Source of the DNA: Alkalispirochaeta sp.
GTDB lineage: Bacteria > Spirochaetota > Spirochaetia > DSM-27196 > Alkalispirochaetaceae
DNA length: 64,000 nt
Direction of reading: 5' to 3'
NCBI GenBank assembly: GCA_965242725.1
Contig: CBDESZ010000031.1
Span: 64,001 to 128,000, forward strand
Positions within the stretch are counted from its first letter, which is position 1. Every line of letters begins with the position of its first letter. Position numbers and translations under genes: made by a program. Below the pieces are notes generated by a model, which had not been told where the DNA came from, ran no database searches, and saw only the letters and a program-made list of their open reading frames with translations. Shown here in pieces: positions 32,076 through 41,787 of the stretch.

Positions 32076-33092
32076 ATGGCCTCATTTCCGCTGGCCGTTC
32101 CGTCCGGGCGGACACGCGACTGTGTCACCTTTGGAAGGGCCAACATGGACCTCTATACCCAGAGTGGTCGCTCCATAGAGGAAACGCCGGTATTTGCCAA
32201 ATCGGTCGGCGGTACTCCTGCGAATATCGCCGCGGCGATGGCGCGTCTCGGCATGAAAGTGGGTATGATTACCCGCGCCGCCGCCGATCCCATCGGCCGT
32301 TTTGTCGTTGAGTCGCTGCAGCGGCTGGGTGTCGATACGTCGCACATCGTCTTTGATCACAGCGGCGCCCGCACGAGCATCGCCTTTGCCGAGACGCGGA
32401 GCGCCGGTTCAAATACGGTTCTCTACCGGAATAACGCGGCCGATCTTCTCGTTAACCCGACGGACATTGATGCAGAGTATATCCGGTCAACGGCGATGCT
32501 CCTCCTTTCCGGTACGGCGTTATCTGAGTCCCCGTCGCGGGACGCAGCGATGCTCGCGGTAGGCATTGCCCGGAAAGCCGGAACGCTTATTGCACTGGAT
32601 ATTGACTTCAGACCCTACTCGTGGCGCAACCGCGAGTCGGCGTCGGTTGCCCTCATGTTTGCGGCGGAATCCTGCGACATCGTGATCGGTACCAGGGAGG
32701 AGTTTGACGTACTGGAACTGGTCTACGGAAATGACGCTATCGCCGACAGAGACCGGGACGCCTTAACCGCGCGGCGCCTGATTGAGGCCGGAAACTCCGT
32801 CGTCGTCGTGAAACGGGGAGAGGATGGATCCACCGCATACACTGCAACGGGCAGGACGGTACAAGGACCGGTGTTTCCCGTCGTCCCGGCAAAGGTGTAC
32901 GGAGCCGGAGACGCCTTTGCAGGCGCGTTGCTCGCACGTCTCCTAGTTGGTGCTGAACTCGACGAGGCTTTGACGGCGGGAGCGGCAAACGCTTCAATAA
33001 ATATTTCCAGAACCCGGTGCGCCGAAGATATGGCCACATGGGAAGAACTTGTACAATTCATCAAGGAGAAGAACTATGCCGTATCACATTAG
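32076..33092 (+). CDS. iolC: 5-dehydro-2-deoxygluconokinase (PfkB family, single domain)
   Basis: GRANMDLY, VGGTPANIA, DIDFRPYSW, GAGDAF. Confidence 0.9.
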   Translation: MASFPLAVPSGRTRDCVTFGRANMDLYTQSGRSIEETPVFAKSVGGTPANIAAAMARLGMKVGMITRAAADPIGRFVVESLQRLGVDTSHIVFDHSGARTSIAFAETRSAGSNTVLYRNNAADLLVNPTDIDAEYIRSTAMLLLSGTALSESPSRDAAMLAVGIARKAGTLIALDIDFRPYSWRNRESASVALMFAAESCDIVIGTREEFDVLELVYGNDAIADRDRDALTARRLIEAGNSVVVVKRGEDGSTAYTATGRTVQGPVFPVVPAKVYGAGDAFAGALLARLLVGAELDEALTAGAANASINISRTRCAEDMATWEELVQFIKEKNYAVSH

Positions 33093-33921
33093 GCCTTATA
33101 ACAATGAGAACAGGCCGGTTATCGATGTAGACAACAACTGGACGCCCCTGATCTATTTCAACGACATACGTCTTGCTTCGGGTATGTCCTATTCCCATCG
33201 CCTGGAAGAACACGAGTCTGTCTGTGTGGTTGTATCGGGTACGGTACATATAGAGGTTGAAGGCGTCAGATTTGAAAGTGTGGGAAAGAGGGAACATCTC
33301 TGGGCCGGCAAGCCTGATTCGGTATATGTACCGCCCGGGTTCAAAGCGACAATCACCGCGGCGGGTGACGGCGCCGAGGTCTTCGTTGCCGGCGGGCAAA
33401 CGGGAGGTGGCAAAGAACCATTTCGGGTTACACCTGATGATGTCGATACCGTCCAATATGGAAGCGACGACACCAAGACGCACCGTCGTATTTACCACAT
33501 CCTCGGAAAAAACGTTGAAGGGCACACGGGGAACCTTCTTGTAAGTGAGCTTTTTACCGTCGGAGCGGGAGGGTGGTCGGGATTTCCGCCGCACAAGCAT
33601 CACATCGAACGACCGCCGGTGGAAAGCGATTTTGAGGAGGCATTTCACTACCGCTTTAACCCTGATCACGGATTCGGTGCGCAGTTTGCGTATATCGGCG
33701 ATGACGATTTCGGGCCTGTATACCATGTAAAACACGGGAGTACCATTCTGCTTGATAAGAGTTACCATCCCTCCGTTGCAGCGCCGGGCTATGAGATGTA
33801 CTACTTTACGATCCTTGCGGGACGTAACCGACGCTCCCTGATTCAATATTTCCACCCCGATCATGAGTACCAGGTCCATACCATCCCGGGGCTCAAAGAC
33901 ATGATCGCAAAGTTCAAGTAG
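33076..33921 (+). CDS. iolB: 5-deoxy-glucuronate isomerase
   Basis: KduI/IolB cupin motifs WSGFPPHKH, EE..HYRF.P..GFG, YHP.VAAPGY. Confidence 0.88.
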   Translation: MPYHIRPYNNENRPVIDVDNNWTPLIYFNDIRLASGMSYSHRLEEHESVCVVVSGTVHIEVEGVRFESVGKREHLWAGKPDSVYVPPGFKATITAAGDGAEVFVAGGQTGGGKEPFRVTPDDVDTVQYGSDDTKTHRRIYHILGKNVEGHTGNLLVSELFTVGAGGWSGFPPHKHHIERPPVESDFEEAFHYRFNPDHGFGAQFAYIGDDDFGPVYHVKHGSTILLDKSYHPSVAAPGYEMYYFTILAGRNRRSLIQYFHPDHEYQVHTIPGLKDMIAKFK

Positions 33922-33937
33922 TAAAGGAGACAACGAT

Positions 33938-34951
33938 ATGCAGGAAGTCAGACTCGGAATCGTCGGCCTCGGTCGACTGGGCAAACGGCACGCGGAAAAC
34001 CTGCGTTATCGCGTACCGGGAGCACAACTCGTTGCGGCGTGTAGCGTCGTACCTGATGAACTCGATTGGGCGAGAACCAAACTGGGTGTGAAAAAGACTT
34101 ACGATTCCTACGACGAAATGCTCGGCGACGATGAGGTTGATGCGGTCTTTCTCGTCTCTACCTCGAGCGTCCATGCAGAGCAGATTATGGCGGGACTCGC
34201 GGCGGGAAAACACGTTTTTTCGGAAAAACCGATGGGCGTCACTATCGAGGAGTGCCTCGAAGTGGAACGGGCCGTCGCCTCGGCTCCCGAGCTCCATTTC
34301 CAGCTCGGTTTTGTCCGCCGCTTTGATCCGAGCCTCGCATACGCCAAGCAAAAGATTGACGAGGGCGCTATCGGTGAACCCTTCCTCGTTCGGGCCCAAA
34401 CGGTCGATACAGATGAATTTGCTGAGTTTCAGATAAAATTTGTACCCACATCGGGCGGAATCTTCATGGACATGAACTCCCACGACATCGATCTTGCGCG
34501 CTGGTTCATCGGGGCGGAAATAAAGAGCGTCTACGCGATTGGCGGGAGCTATGTGCATCGAGGTTTTGCAGAGGTGAACGACGCGGACAACACCGTTGCG
34601 CTCTGCCGGTTTGAAGACGGGAAGATGGCCGTCATTTCGGCGAGCCGTACCGCGTTTCACGGCCACGATACGCACACCGAGATAACCGGTTCCAAAGGAA
34701 TTCTCAAGATCGGTATGACCCCTTCAAAAAATCGCGTGGAAATATTTGATACTGAAGGCGCGCGTGTCGAGTGCGTCCAGGACTTTTTTGAACGATTTCA
34801 CGAGGGGTTCCTTCTGGAAGCGCAGAGTTTTGTAAGCGGAATCATGAACGGAGTCAAGCCCTCGATTTTTGCGACCGACGGGACAAAGGCGACGGAAGTG
34901 GGGTTTGCCCTGACAAAATCATTCAAGGAGAACAGGGTCGTCGAATTGTGA
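33938..34951 (+). CDS. iolG: inositol 2-dehydrogenase-like oxidoreductase
   Basis: GLGRLG, SEKP, GFVRRFD, SGGIFMDM..HDID. Confidence 0.8.
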   Translation: MQEVRLGIVGLGRLGKRHAENLRYRVPGAQLVAACSVVPDELDWARTKLGVKKTYDSYDEMLGDDEVDAVFLVSTSSVHAEQIMAGLAAGKHVFSEKPMGVTIEECLEVERAVASAPELHFQLGFVRRFDPSLAYAKQKIDEGAIGEPFLVRAQTVDTDEFAEFQIKFVPTSGGIFMDMNSHDIDLARWFIGAEIKSVYAIGGSYVHRGFAEVNDADNTVALCRFEDGKMAVISASRTAFHGHDTHTEITGSKGILKIGMTPSKNRVEIFDTEGARVECVQDFFERFHEGFLLEAQSFVSGIMNGVKPSIFATDGTKATEVGFALTKSFKENRVVEL

Positions 34952-35979
34952 CACTGAAAGATATTGCACAACTCGCAGGAACCAGTGTTGCCACCGTATC
35001 GCGCAGTCTGAATGACAGCCATCTTGTCGCGGATGAGACGAGGCGAAGAATCAAGGCAATAGCGGCAGAACATGGCTTCGAGTTCAATGCAAGTGCCCGC
35101 GGCCTCGTTACGAGAACGACCGGTACGATCGGCGTTATTCTCCCTGAGAACTACGACCGATTTGATGTATTGCTCTACCATGCGGCGCTGCATAACGATT
35201 TCCGGATGAGTCTGGAACGGGCAGATAAGGATATGATTGTCGCGTTTCTGACGAATCGTTTCAGCGGGCTTCGGAACGTTGAAAAACTCGTTATGCGCAA
35301 GAAAGTAGACGGGCTGATTATCGTTCAGTCGGCCATTGATCAGGAGACGGTGCGGTATCTCAGGCGACGGAACGTACCGTTCGTCATGACCCAGTATCCT
35401 CCCGCCGAACCGGATCCGGACTACGACGTGGTCTATTCCGACAACTGGACGGGGGGCAAGCTGGTTGCCGACCACTTTATTGAACGAGGCTTTTCCTCAT
35501 GTGCATGTATCACCGGCGGTGACGAGGCGCAGTCACGGCAGCGTCTCGCCGGCTTTCTGGACACCATGTCCGCCCACGGAATCACCGTTCCCGATGACCT
35601 GATTCTGACCGGAGACTTTCAGAGCGATACGGCGGTACGTCTGGTCAGAGAACATCTCGACAAACTACAGGGAGTTGAGGCACTTTTTGCGGTCAATGAT
35701 CTTATGGCGTTTGGCGCGATGCAGATACTGCAGGCGTCGGGGCGGCGCGTACCCGACGACATCGCCGTCGTCGGGTATGACGATACGCCCCTCGCGGAAA
35801 TCACGTTACCCGGTCTTACCTCTGTTCACCAGTCCCGGGAGGAGATCGCGTTACTCGCGTGTCAGCTCCTCCTTGAGCGCGTCGAGGAGTATGTGGACGA
35901 ACCTGCCCGGTATCACGAGCACCGGGCGATTGCGATCCAGCCGCGCCTGATCGTCCGGGAAAGCTCGCACGGACGATAA
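34948..35979 (+). CDS. LacI-family transcriptional regulator
   Basis: TLKDIAQLAGTSVATVSRSLN, VPDDIAVVGYDD, LTSVHQ. Confidence 0.93.
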   Translation: MTLKDIAQLAGTSVATVSRSLNDSHLVADETRRRIKAIAAEHGFEFNASARGLVTRTTGTIGVILPENYDRFDVLLYHAALHNDFRMSLERADKDMIVAFLTNRFSGLRNVEKLVMRKKVDGLIIVQSAIDQETVRYLRRRNVPFVMTQYPPAEPDPDYDVVYSDNWTGGKLVADHFIERGFSSCACITGGDEAQSRQRLAGFLDTMSAHGITVPDDLILTGDFQSDTAVRLVREHLDKLQGVEALFAVNDLMAFGAMQILQASGRRVPDDIAVVGYDDTPLAEITLPGLTSVHQSREEIALLACQLLLERVEEYVDEPARYHEHRAIAIQPRLIVRESSHGR

Positions 35980-36016
35980 GGAACGGATAGCTCGATCCTT
36001 CGCCGCCAATCGTTCA

Positions 36017-36982
36017 TCATAGATTTGCCTCCGACAGGGCGGCCAGACCGGATGCGGTTAATCCGTTCTCCTTGAGGAGGAATGCGTGGTCGCCCAGTTT
36101 CTGGAACTTGTCGCCCAGACTTGCCATGACCTGTCGGGGTGCATTGGAGAAACCCGCCTTGTACTCGGCGACTGCGCTGCCGAGTCCACCTATGGGTGAG
36201 TGCTCCTCAACCGTTACAACGAGCCTGTTTTCCGCAAATACGGAATCGAGCATGTCGGTATCCAGAGGTTTTACCGTGTGCATATCGATTACACGTGTCG
36301 AAATACCCCTGGACTCAAGGATCTCCGCCGCGCCGACGGATTCAGACAGGAGAGAGCCGCAGGAGATCAACGCGACATCGGTACCCTTTCGGTATTCGAT
36401 AGCTCTTCCTATTTGAAAATCAAAATCGTCCTGGTACATCACCGGAAAGCCGGGTCCTCCGGTCAGTCGGATATATACCGGTCCATCGTGATCGGCGGCG
36501 GCACGTAACGCTTTGTGAACCGTCAGCGGATCAGACGGCGCAATGACGGTAAAGTTGGGAATTGCCCGGGTCACAGCTATGTCATCCATCGCATAGTGTG
36601 TATTGCCAAGAGGGCCGAAGCGGACACCCGCCTCAATCGAGACAACTGTGGCTTTCAGATTCATATAGGCGAGGGTGTCCCGCATCTGCTCGGCAGTGCG
36701 CATAGGCACGATCGCCGCGAGGGCAACGGCAAACGGCAGTATTCCCTCGACGGCGAGGCCCGCGGAAAAATCGATAAGGTTTTGCTCTGCGATACCGACG
36801 TCAAAAAACCGATCAGGATAGGTGTCTCTGAATCCGGTGAGTCTGGCGGTAGGGGTGAGGTCGGCCGTTACGGTGACCATTTCCGGCCGTTCAGCGGCGA
36901 GCATCACCAGGGTGTCGCCCAATACATTTCGATGGCCCAGGCGGGACCACTCCTGCAGTTGTTCTGCAGACACCTTTGTCAT
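36017..36982 (-). CDS. split transketolase, C-terminal (pyrimidine-binding) subunit
   Basis: DVGIAEQN, GNTHYAMDD, PVYIRL, HTVKPLD, EEHS..GGLGS. Confidence 0.9.
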   Translation of the reverse strand: MTKVSAEQLQEWSRLGHRNVLGDTLVMLAAERPEMVTVTADLTPTARLTGFRDTYPDRFFDVGIAEQNLIDFSAGLAVEGILPFAVALAAIVPMRTAEQMRDTLAYMNLKATVVSIEAGVRFGPLGNTHYAMDDIAVTRAIPNFTVIAPSDPLTVHKALRAAADHDGPVYIRLTGGPGFPVMYQDDFDFQIGRAIEYRKGTDVALISCGSLLSESVGAAEILESRGISTRVIDMHTVKPLDTDMLDSVFAENRLVVTVEEHSPIGGLGSAVAEYKAGFSNAPRQVMASLGDKFQKLGDHAFLLKENGLTASGLAALSEANL

Positions 36983-36998
36983 AGCAGCTTCTCGGCCG

Positions 36999-37835
36999 TC
37001 ATTCATCGTTGAGCTCCTTCATCGCCGTCTCGTAAAATTCTTTTGGTAATGATCGGGCATGCCATTCCAGGCTGTCCTCCATAAAGGAGATTCCTTTACC
37101 TTTTGTGGTGTCGGCGATAATCACACGGGGTTTTTCACTTACTGCGTCTCTCATTTTCCTGAGAGCATCGATAACGTCGGACACCGAGTTTCCATGGCGT
37201 ACTACCAGAACATCCCAACCGGCTGCGCCCCAGAGCGCCTCGATATCGATGTTCATGATTTCCTTTGTCTTACCGGCCAGTTGAACACCATTGCGGTCAA
37301 CGATCGCTACCAGGTTGTTCAGCTCATTCTTTGCGGCGTTCATCGCCGACTCCCAGACGAGGCCCTCGTTGCATTCTCCGTCGCCGACAAGACAAAAGAT
37401 GTTGTGCGTTTCACCTTTCATCTTCGCCGCTTTTGCCATTCCGCAGGCGACGGAAAATCCGTGTCCCAGAGATCCGGAGGAGATTTCGATACCGTATTGC
37501 ACGTTGCGGCTCGGGTGTCCTGATAGAAAACTGCCGTCGGCCTTAAAGGTGTACATTTGCTCCCTGGTGATATATCCGCTTTCCACCAGTGCGCTGTAGT
37601 AGGAAAGACATGCGTGTCCTTTGCTTTGGACAAACCGATCCCGTTGCGGCCACCGGGGATTCCCGGGATCGTGGTTCATAATGCCAAAAAAAAGTCCGGC
37701 TACAATCTCAATACTGGAGAGGGCGGGTCCAAAATGGGCTCCCCGGTCGCCGGCGACGTAGCCCATTTCAATGACGTTCCGACGCATCTTCCGTGTAATG
37801 TCTTCAATCCGTGTAATCGTCGCTTGATCGACCAT
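36999..37835 (-). CDS. split transketolase, N-terminal (ThDP-binding) subunit
   Basis: AHFG..LS, DRFVQSKGHA, GHP, GSLGHG, GDGECNEG..N, TTKGKG, WH. Confidence 0.92.
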   Translation of the reverse strand: MVDQATITRIEDITRKMRRNVIEMGYVAGDRGAHFGPALSSIEIVAGLFFGIMNHDPGNPRWPQRDRFVQSKGHACLSYYSALVESGYITREQMYTFKADGSFLSGHPSRNVQYGIEISSGSLGHGFSVACGMAKAAKMKGETHNIFCLVGDGECNEGLVWESAMNAAKNELNNLVAIVDRNGVQLAGKTKEIMNIDIEALWGAAGWDVLVVRHGNSVSDVIDALRKMRDAVSEKPRVIIADTTKGKGISFMEDSLEWHARSLPKEFYETAMKELNDE

Positions 37836-37857
37836 TATATGATTCTCCTTGTTTCGT

Positions 37858-38748
37858 TTATCTTTGTTCCGCAATGGTGTAGAGATGCCCGCTGTAACGT
37901 CCCATTGGTATCACTCTGGCTTGTTCCCGGGCGAGTTCAATCAACCGGGGGACAGCCACCCCTGTGGTGTAGCCCATTTCCGACAACATGAATGCGAGGT
38001 CTTCTGTCGCCAGGTTTCCCGACGCACCTGGCGCAAAGGGACATCCTCCCAGCCCGCCTAATGTGGACTGGACCTTTCGGACGCCCCGTTCAATTGCGGC
38101 GAGGGTATTGACCATTCCCATGTTGCGGGTGTCGTGAATATGAATCTGGAGATCCAATGACGGGTACTCCGCCTGGAGTGCGTCGATCGTTTCTCGCACC
38201 TGGGCGGGGTTTGCGATGCCGATCGTGTCGCAGAGCGTTACCGACGTGATCCCGCTTTGCACGTACGGCTTAAGAAAGGGTATGACGTCTTCAGGACCCT
38301 TTTTCCCTTCAAAGGGACAACCGAATGAGGTCGCCAGGTCGAGTCCGACCTCGAGATCGGGGAGGGTGTCCCGTATCCCCGACAGTTCCGCGAAGGATTC
38401 CCCATGGAATCGCCGGGTATTGGCGCGATTATGACTTTCACTGACGGATACGACAAAGGAAACCCATCTCATGCCCGAATCCCACGCCGCCTGTGCTCCC
38501 CGCAAGTTGGGAACCAGGGCAAACAGGTCGGCATCGGGATATTTTTCGATACATCTTTCCGTCAGCTCCCGGGCGTCTTTCATCTGGGGAACGGCCCTGG
38601 GGCTCACAAAGGAGGTGATTTGAAGATGTTTCAATCCGGAGGCGATCAGCCCGTCGATTATGCGAAGCTTGGTTTCCAGTGGAATGTATTCATCAACGTT
38701 CTGGAATCCGTCGCGGGGTCCGACTTCATAGAGTTCGACCGTCTTCAT
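37858..38748 (-). CDS. HMG-CoA lyase family protein
   Basis: EVGPRDGFQN, SFVSP..VPQM, FGCPFEG, DTIG, HIHDTR, GLGGCPFAPGASGN. Confidence 0.92.
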   Translation of the reverse strand: MKTVELYEVGPRDGFQNVDEYIPLETKLRIIDGLIASGLKHLQITSFVSPRAVPQMKDARELTERCIEKYPDADLFALVPNLRGAQAAWDSGMRWVSFVVSVSESHNRANTRRFHGESFAELSGIRDTLPDLEVGLDLATSFGCPFEGKKGPEDVIPFLKPYVQSGITSVTLCDTIGIANPAQVRETIDALQAEYPSLDLQIHIHDTRNMGMVNTLAAIERGVRKVQSTLGGLGGCPFAPGASGNLATEDLAFMLSEMGYTTGVAVPRLIELAREQARVIPMGRYSGHLYTIAEQR

Positions 38749-40210
38749 TCCGTTTCTCCATCATCGATCCACTCTCCTTGAGTCTCCGGTACCAGGCAAA
38801 GGCTTCTTCCGGAAGCTGTGGGTGGTGGCCGCCACAGTGTCGGCGGGCATTCTGAAGGTACGACGACAATTGATCGCGGTACGAGTCGGAAGCACATCGT
38901 GCAATAATCGCGTCCGATCGCTCGTGGTCATCCAGGCCGCGCAGATCCGCCACGCCATTCTCGGTTACGACGATATCGACGTCGTGCTCACCGATATCCT
39001 GGTGGGATACCATGGGCACGATATTGGAAATCGCACCGCCTTTTGCCGTGGAGGGAATGAGAATTACCGAGAGAGCTGCGTTCCGGGCAAAGCCCGCTCC
39101 GCCGCCGATGCCGTTCACCACCCGGCTGCCGGCGATATGACTCGAGTTTACGTTCCCATAGATATCAATTTCGATACCGGTATTAAGGGCAACCACGCCG
39201 AGGCGACCGACGACCTCCGCACTGTTGGTGATATCGCCATTGCGAATTACAAGGTGGTTGTGAATTTCCGGTATGTCCCGGAGGATTTCTTCAACCCGTT
39301 CGCTCATTCCCAGCCCACCGGTAGAAAGGGCGGTTGCCTTTCCCGACGCCAGAAGTTCCATAACCGGCTCAGTAATTCCGCCACAGAAAAATTGCAGGTC
39401 ATGGAACGCCGATTGACGGAAGGCATCGACAACGGAATCGGCGATACTCCCGAAACCGGTCTGAATCGGCGGAAGGGTATTGCCGAGATTCCGGTATTCT
39501 CCTTCCAGGAAGGTGAAGAGATGATCGGCGATACGCTTTGTGAGGGAAGTACCCTTCGGGGGCGTTCCCAGGCGTTCCGGTATGTTGGTTTCCACGACAT
39601 GGGAAATCCGGTTCCAATCAACCGGAATTCCACCGCTGCCGATGCGCTCATTGACTCGGGTAAGAGGAATCGGCCTGGTGTACGGCGGTGCCAGGGGAAT
39701 GTACACGTCATGTAACGATTTGAGCTTCTTCGGCTGTGCCGCATTTATTTCGACGATAATCTCATCCGCCGCCGCGGTGAGGTAGTGCGTCATGCCGACG
39801 GAGCTGGTCGGGATCAGGTTGTTCTCGTCGTCAAAGCCCAGGGCTTCGACGACGGCGATATCTATTCTGCCGAAGTTGCCGTCCCGGAGCATTCGCGGCA
39901 TGTTACACATCTGCTGCTCCACGTACCGCACCGATCCTCTGTTTGTCTGAGACGCCAGTGTCTTGTCGGCGACCATCGGCGTCCGTCGTGCGATAATTTC
40001 CGCCGCGGCGAGTTTTTCATCGAGCCAGGGTACGTTGGCACCGGTAAGGAGATTGATAGACAGCTCTTCTCCCCCCTTTTTTCGTGCCGTCAGTTCCTCC
40101 ACAACTGCTTTTGGATAACCGGCCATGGCGTAACCACTCATCGCGACGGTCATTCCGCTTCGGATGGTTGCGACGGCCTCCTGTGCGGTCGAAATATCTA
40201 TATTCCTCAT
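38726..40210 (-). CDS. acetyl-CoA hydrolase/transferase (AarC-like fold) protein with atypical active site
   Basis: GYPK, PIQTG.G, EIDIYGNVNSSH, NGIGG, IVPMVSH.D..EHDVDIVVTENG.ADLRGL. Confidence 0.85.
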   Translation of the reverse strand: MRNIDISTAQEAVATIRSGMTVAMSGYAMAGYPKAVVEELTARKKGGEELSINLLTGANVPWLDEKLAAAEIIARRTPMVADKTLASQTNRGSVRYVEQQMCNMPRMLRDGNFGRIDIAVVEALGFDDENNLIPTSSVGMTHYLTAAADEIIVEINAAQPKKLKSLHDVYIPLAPPYTRPIPLTRVNERIGSGGIPVDWNRISHVVETNIPERLGTPPKGTSLTKRIADHLFTFLEGEYRNLGNTLPPIQTGFGSIADSVVDAFRQSAFHDLQFFCGGITEPVMELLASGKATALSTGGLGMSERVEEILRDIPEIHNHLVIRNGDITNSAEVVGRLGVVALNTGIEIDIYGNVNSSHIAGSRVVNGIGGGAGFARNAALSVILIPSTAKGGAISNIVPMVSHQDIGEHDVDIVVTENGVADLRGLDDHERSDAIIARCASDSYRDQLSSYLQNARRHCGGHHPQLPEEAFAWYRRLKESGSMMEKRNEDGRTL

Positions 40211-40230
40211 GGGTACCCTTGGACGATTTC

Positions 40231-41643
40231 TCACGACCGCGGCGTGAACCCGGAGAACAGCTCTTCATCCGATGGTTCGTGGTTGGGTATTTCCCGGATG
40301 ACCCATGTATTGTTCATGTAATGTTTGAGAGCAATGTTCTCCGACGCGATGTTTCCGCCCCAGGTGCCGCAACCAAGGGAACTGGTAAAGGGCATTCCGC
40401 TGACCCAACTCCCCGTATTGGTCGCGCCCTGGGGCAGGTTCACGACGACACGAGTGGTATAGGTTCTTTCTGCGACTTTCGTCACGTTCTCCGTGGTATT
40501 GGAAAATATTCCGCACGAGTGGCCGGCCCCTGAAGAGGCGTGATTCTCGTTTATTATTCGTATTGCATCGTCGATTCCCGTGCTTTTGTAGACAGTCGTG
40601 ACGAGACTCATTTTTTCTCCGGCAAACGGAGTTGAATCGCCGGTAACGTCCTCTTCGACCAGCAGAAACGATGTCCCTTCGGGAACGTCAATACCTGCAA
40701 TTTCCGCGATATTCCTGACCGACGATGCGACGATATCGCGATTTATGACGCGACTATCAGGCCACTCGGGCCAGATTGCCTTTTTCAGTTTTTCTTTTTC
40801 ATCCGAATTCAGGAGGTGGGCGCCGACCTTTTTAAACTCACCGAGCATGTCGGTGTACACTGATTCGTCGATGACGACGCTGTTATCGCATGAACAACCG
40901 GCGGCGAGGTCAAATGTCTTGCTGATCTTGATCTTGGCCGCAGCATCTGCGAGGTCCGCCGTCCGGTCAACCACGATGACGGAATTGCCGGCACCGACTC
41001 CGAATGCGGGTGTGCCTGAGCTGTAGGCGGCACGGACCATCTGGGCACCGCCCGTCGCCATAACCAAATCACACTGTTTCATGAGTTCGCCGGTTATCGG
41101 GACCGAAGGTTCTTTGATGGTTATGAACAGATCTTCCGGAGCGTCATACTTTTTCATCACGCCTCGAATGAGGTCAACGGTCTTGGTGGCGGTACCTTTG
41201 CTTCGCGGATGCGGTGAGAAGATTATGGCATCACGGGCCTTTACGGCAAATATCGCCTGTATGAGAGGATGCATCTCCGCCTGGGTACTTGGAACAAGTG
41301 AACCTATCACTCCCACCGGTTTTGTCAGTCTGACGAGTCCGCGCTCGGGTATCTCTTCTACAATGCCGACCGTCCTGACGTTCTTCACATCGTAAAAGAC
41401 GCCGCGACATTTCACGGAGACCTTGGTGAATTTTGACTGAACGTCACCGAGCCGACACTCCTCATAGGAGTACTCGGCAAGCTCCCTGACCAAGTTATCG
41501 TTGGCCGCAATTTCCCAGGTGATGGCTGCGGCAAGTTCATCCACCTTTGCCTGTGAGAATGTTTCAGCAATACGTTGCGCCTTCCGTGCCCGTTTCATCA
41601 ACGCCGATACTATTGCCGCAGCGTCTGCTCGGTTTTGTTCCAT
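40231..41643 (-). CDS. CoA-acylating aldehyde dehydrogenase (SucD/SauS/EutE-like), copy 1
   Basis: KPVGVIG, SPHP, ATGG..MV.AAYSSG.PA.GVGAGN, KTFD....C, EKMS, GH, LGCGTWG.N. Confidence 0.88.
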   Translation of the reverse strand: MEQNRADAAAIVSALMKRARKAQRIAETFSQAKVDELAAAITWEIAANDNLVRELAEYSYEECRLGDVQSKFTKVSVKCRGVFYDVKNVRTVGIVEEIPERGLVRLTKPVGVIGSLVPSTQAEMHPLIQAIFAVKARDAIIFSPHPRSKGTATKTVDLIRGVMKKYDAPEDLFITIKEPSVPITGELMKQCDLVMATGGAQMVRAAYSSGTPAFGVGAGNSVIVVDRTADLADAAAKIKISKTFDLAAGCSCDNSVVIDESVYTDMLGEFKKVGAHLLNSDEKEKLKKAIWPEWPDSRVINRDIVASSVRNIAEIAGIDVPEGTSFLLVEEDVTGDSTPFAGEKMSLVTTVYKSTGIDDAIRIINENHASSGAGHSCGIFSNTTENVTKVAERTYTTRVVVNLPQGATNTGSWVSGMPFTSSLGCGTWGGNIASENIALKHYMNNTWVIREIPNHEPSDEELFSGFTPRS

Positions 41644-41680
41644 TTCTGCCTCCAACTTCCGTAAAGTACGAATTATGAAA

Positions 41681-41751
41681 TTTCGTTCGAAGCGATATAG
41701 GCATCATATAGCTTTCTATCGGAATAGTAAAGTTTCGATTATATTTCGATT
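41681..41751. promoter_or_regulatory. candidate DeoR-family operator array (TTTCG repeats)
   Basis: TTTCGTT at 41681, and TTTCGATT at 41733 and 41744 (11-bp period), in the AT-rich divergent region. Confidence 0.5.
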
Positions 41752-41787
41752 GAAGAATATTAGGTTATGTTGTATCGTGTATATGCT

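Noticed and set aside
37858..38748. Leucine-catabolic HMG-CoA lyase
   Set aside because: No liu/mcc genes are nearby, and it is coupled to transketolase and CoA-transferase genes.
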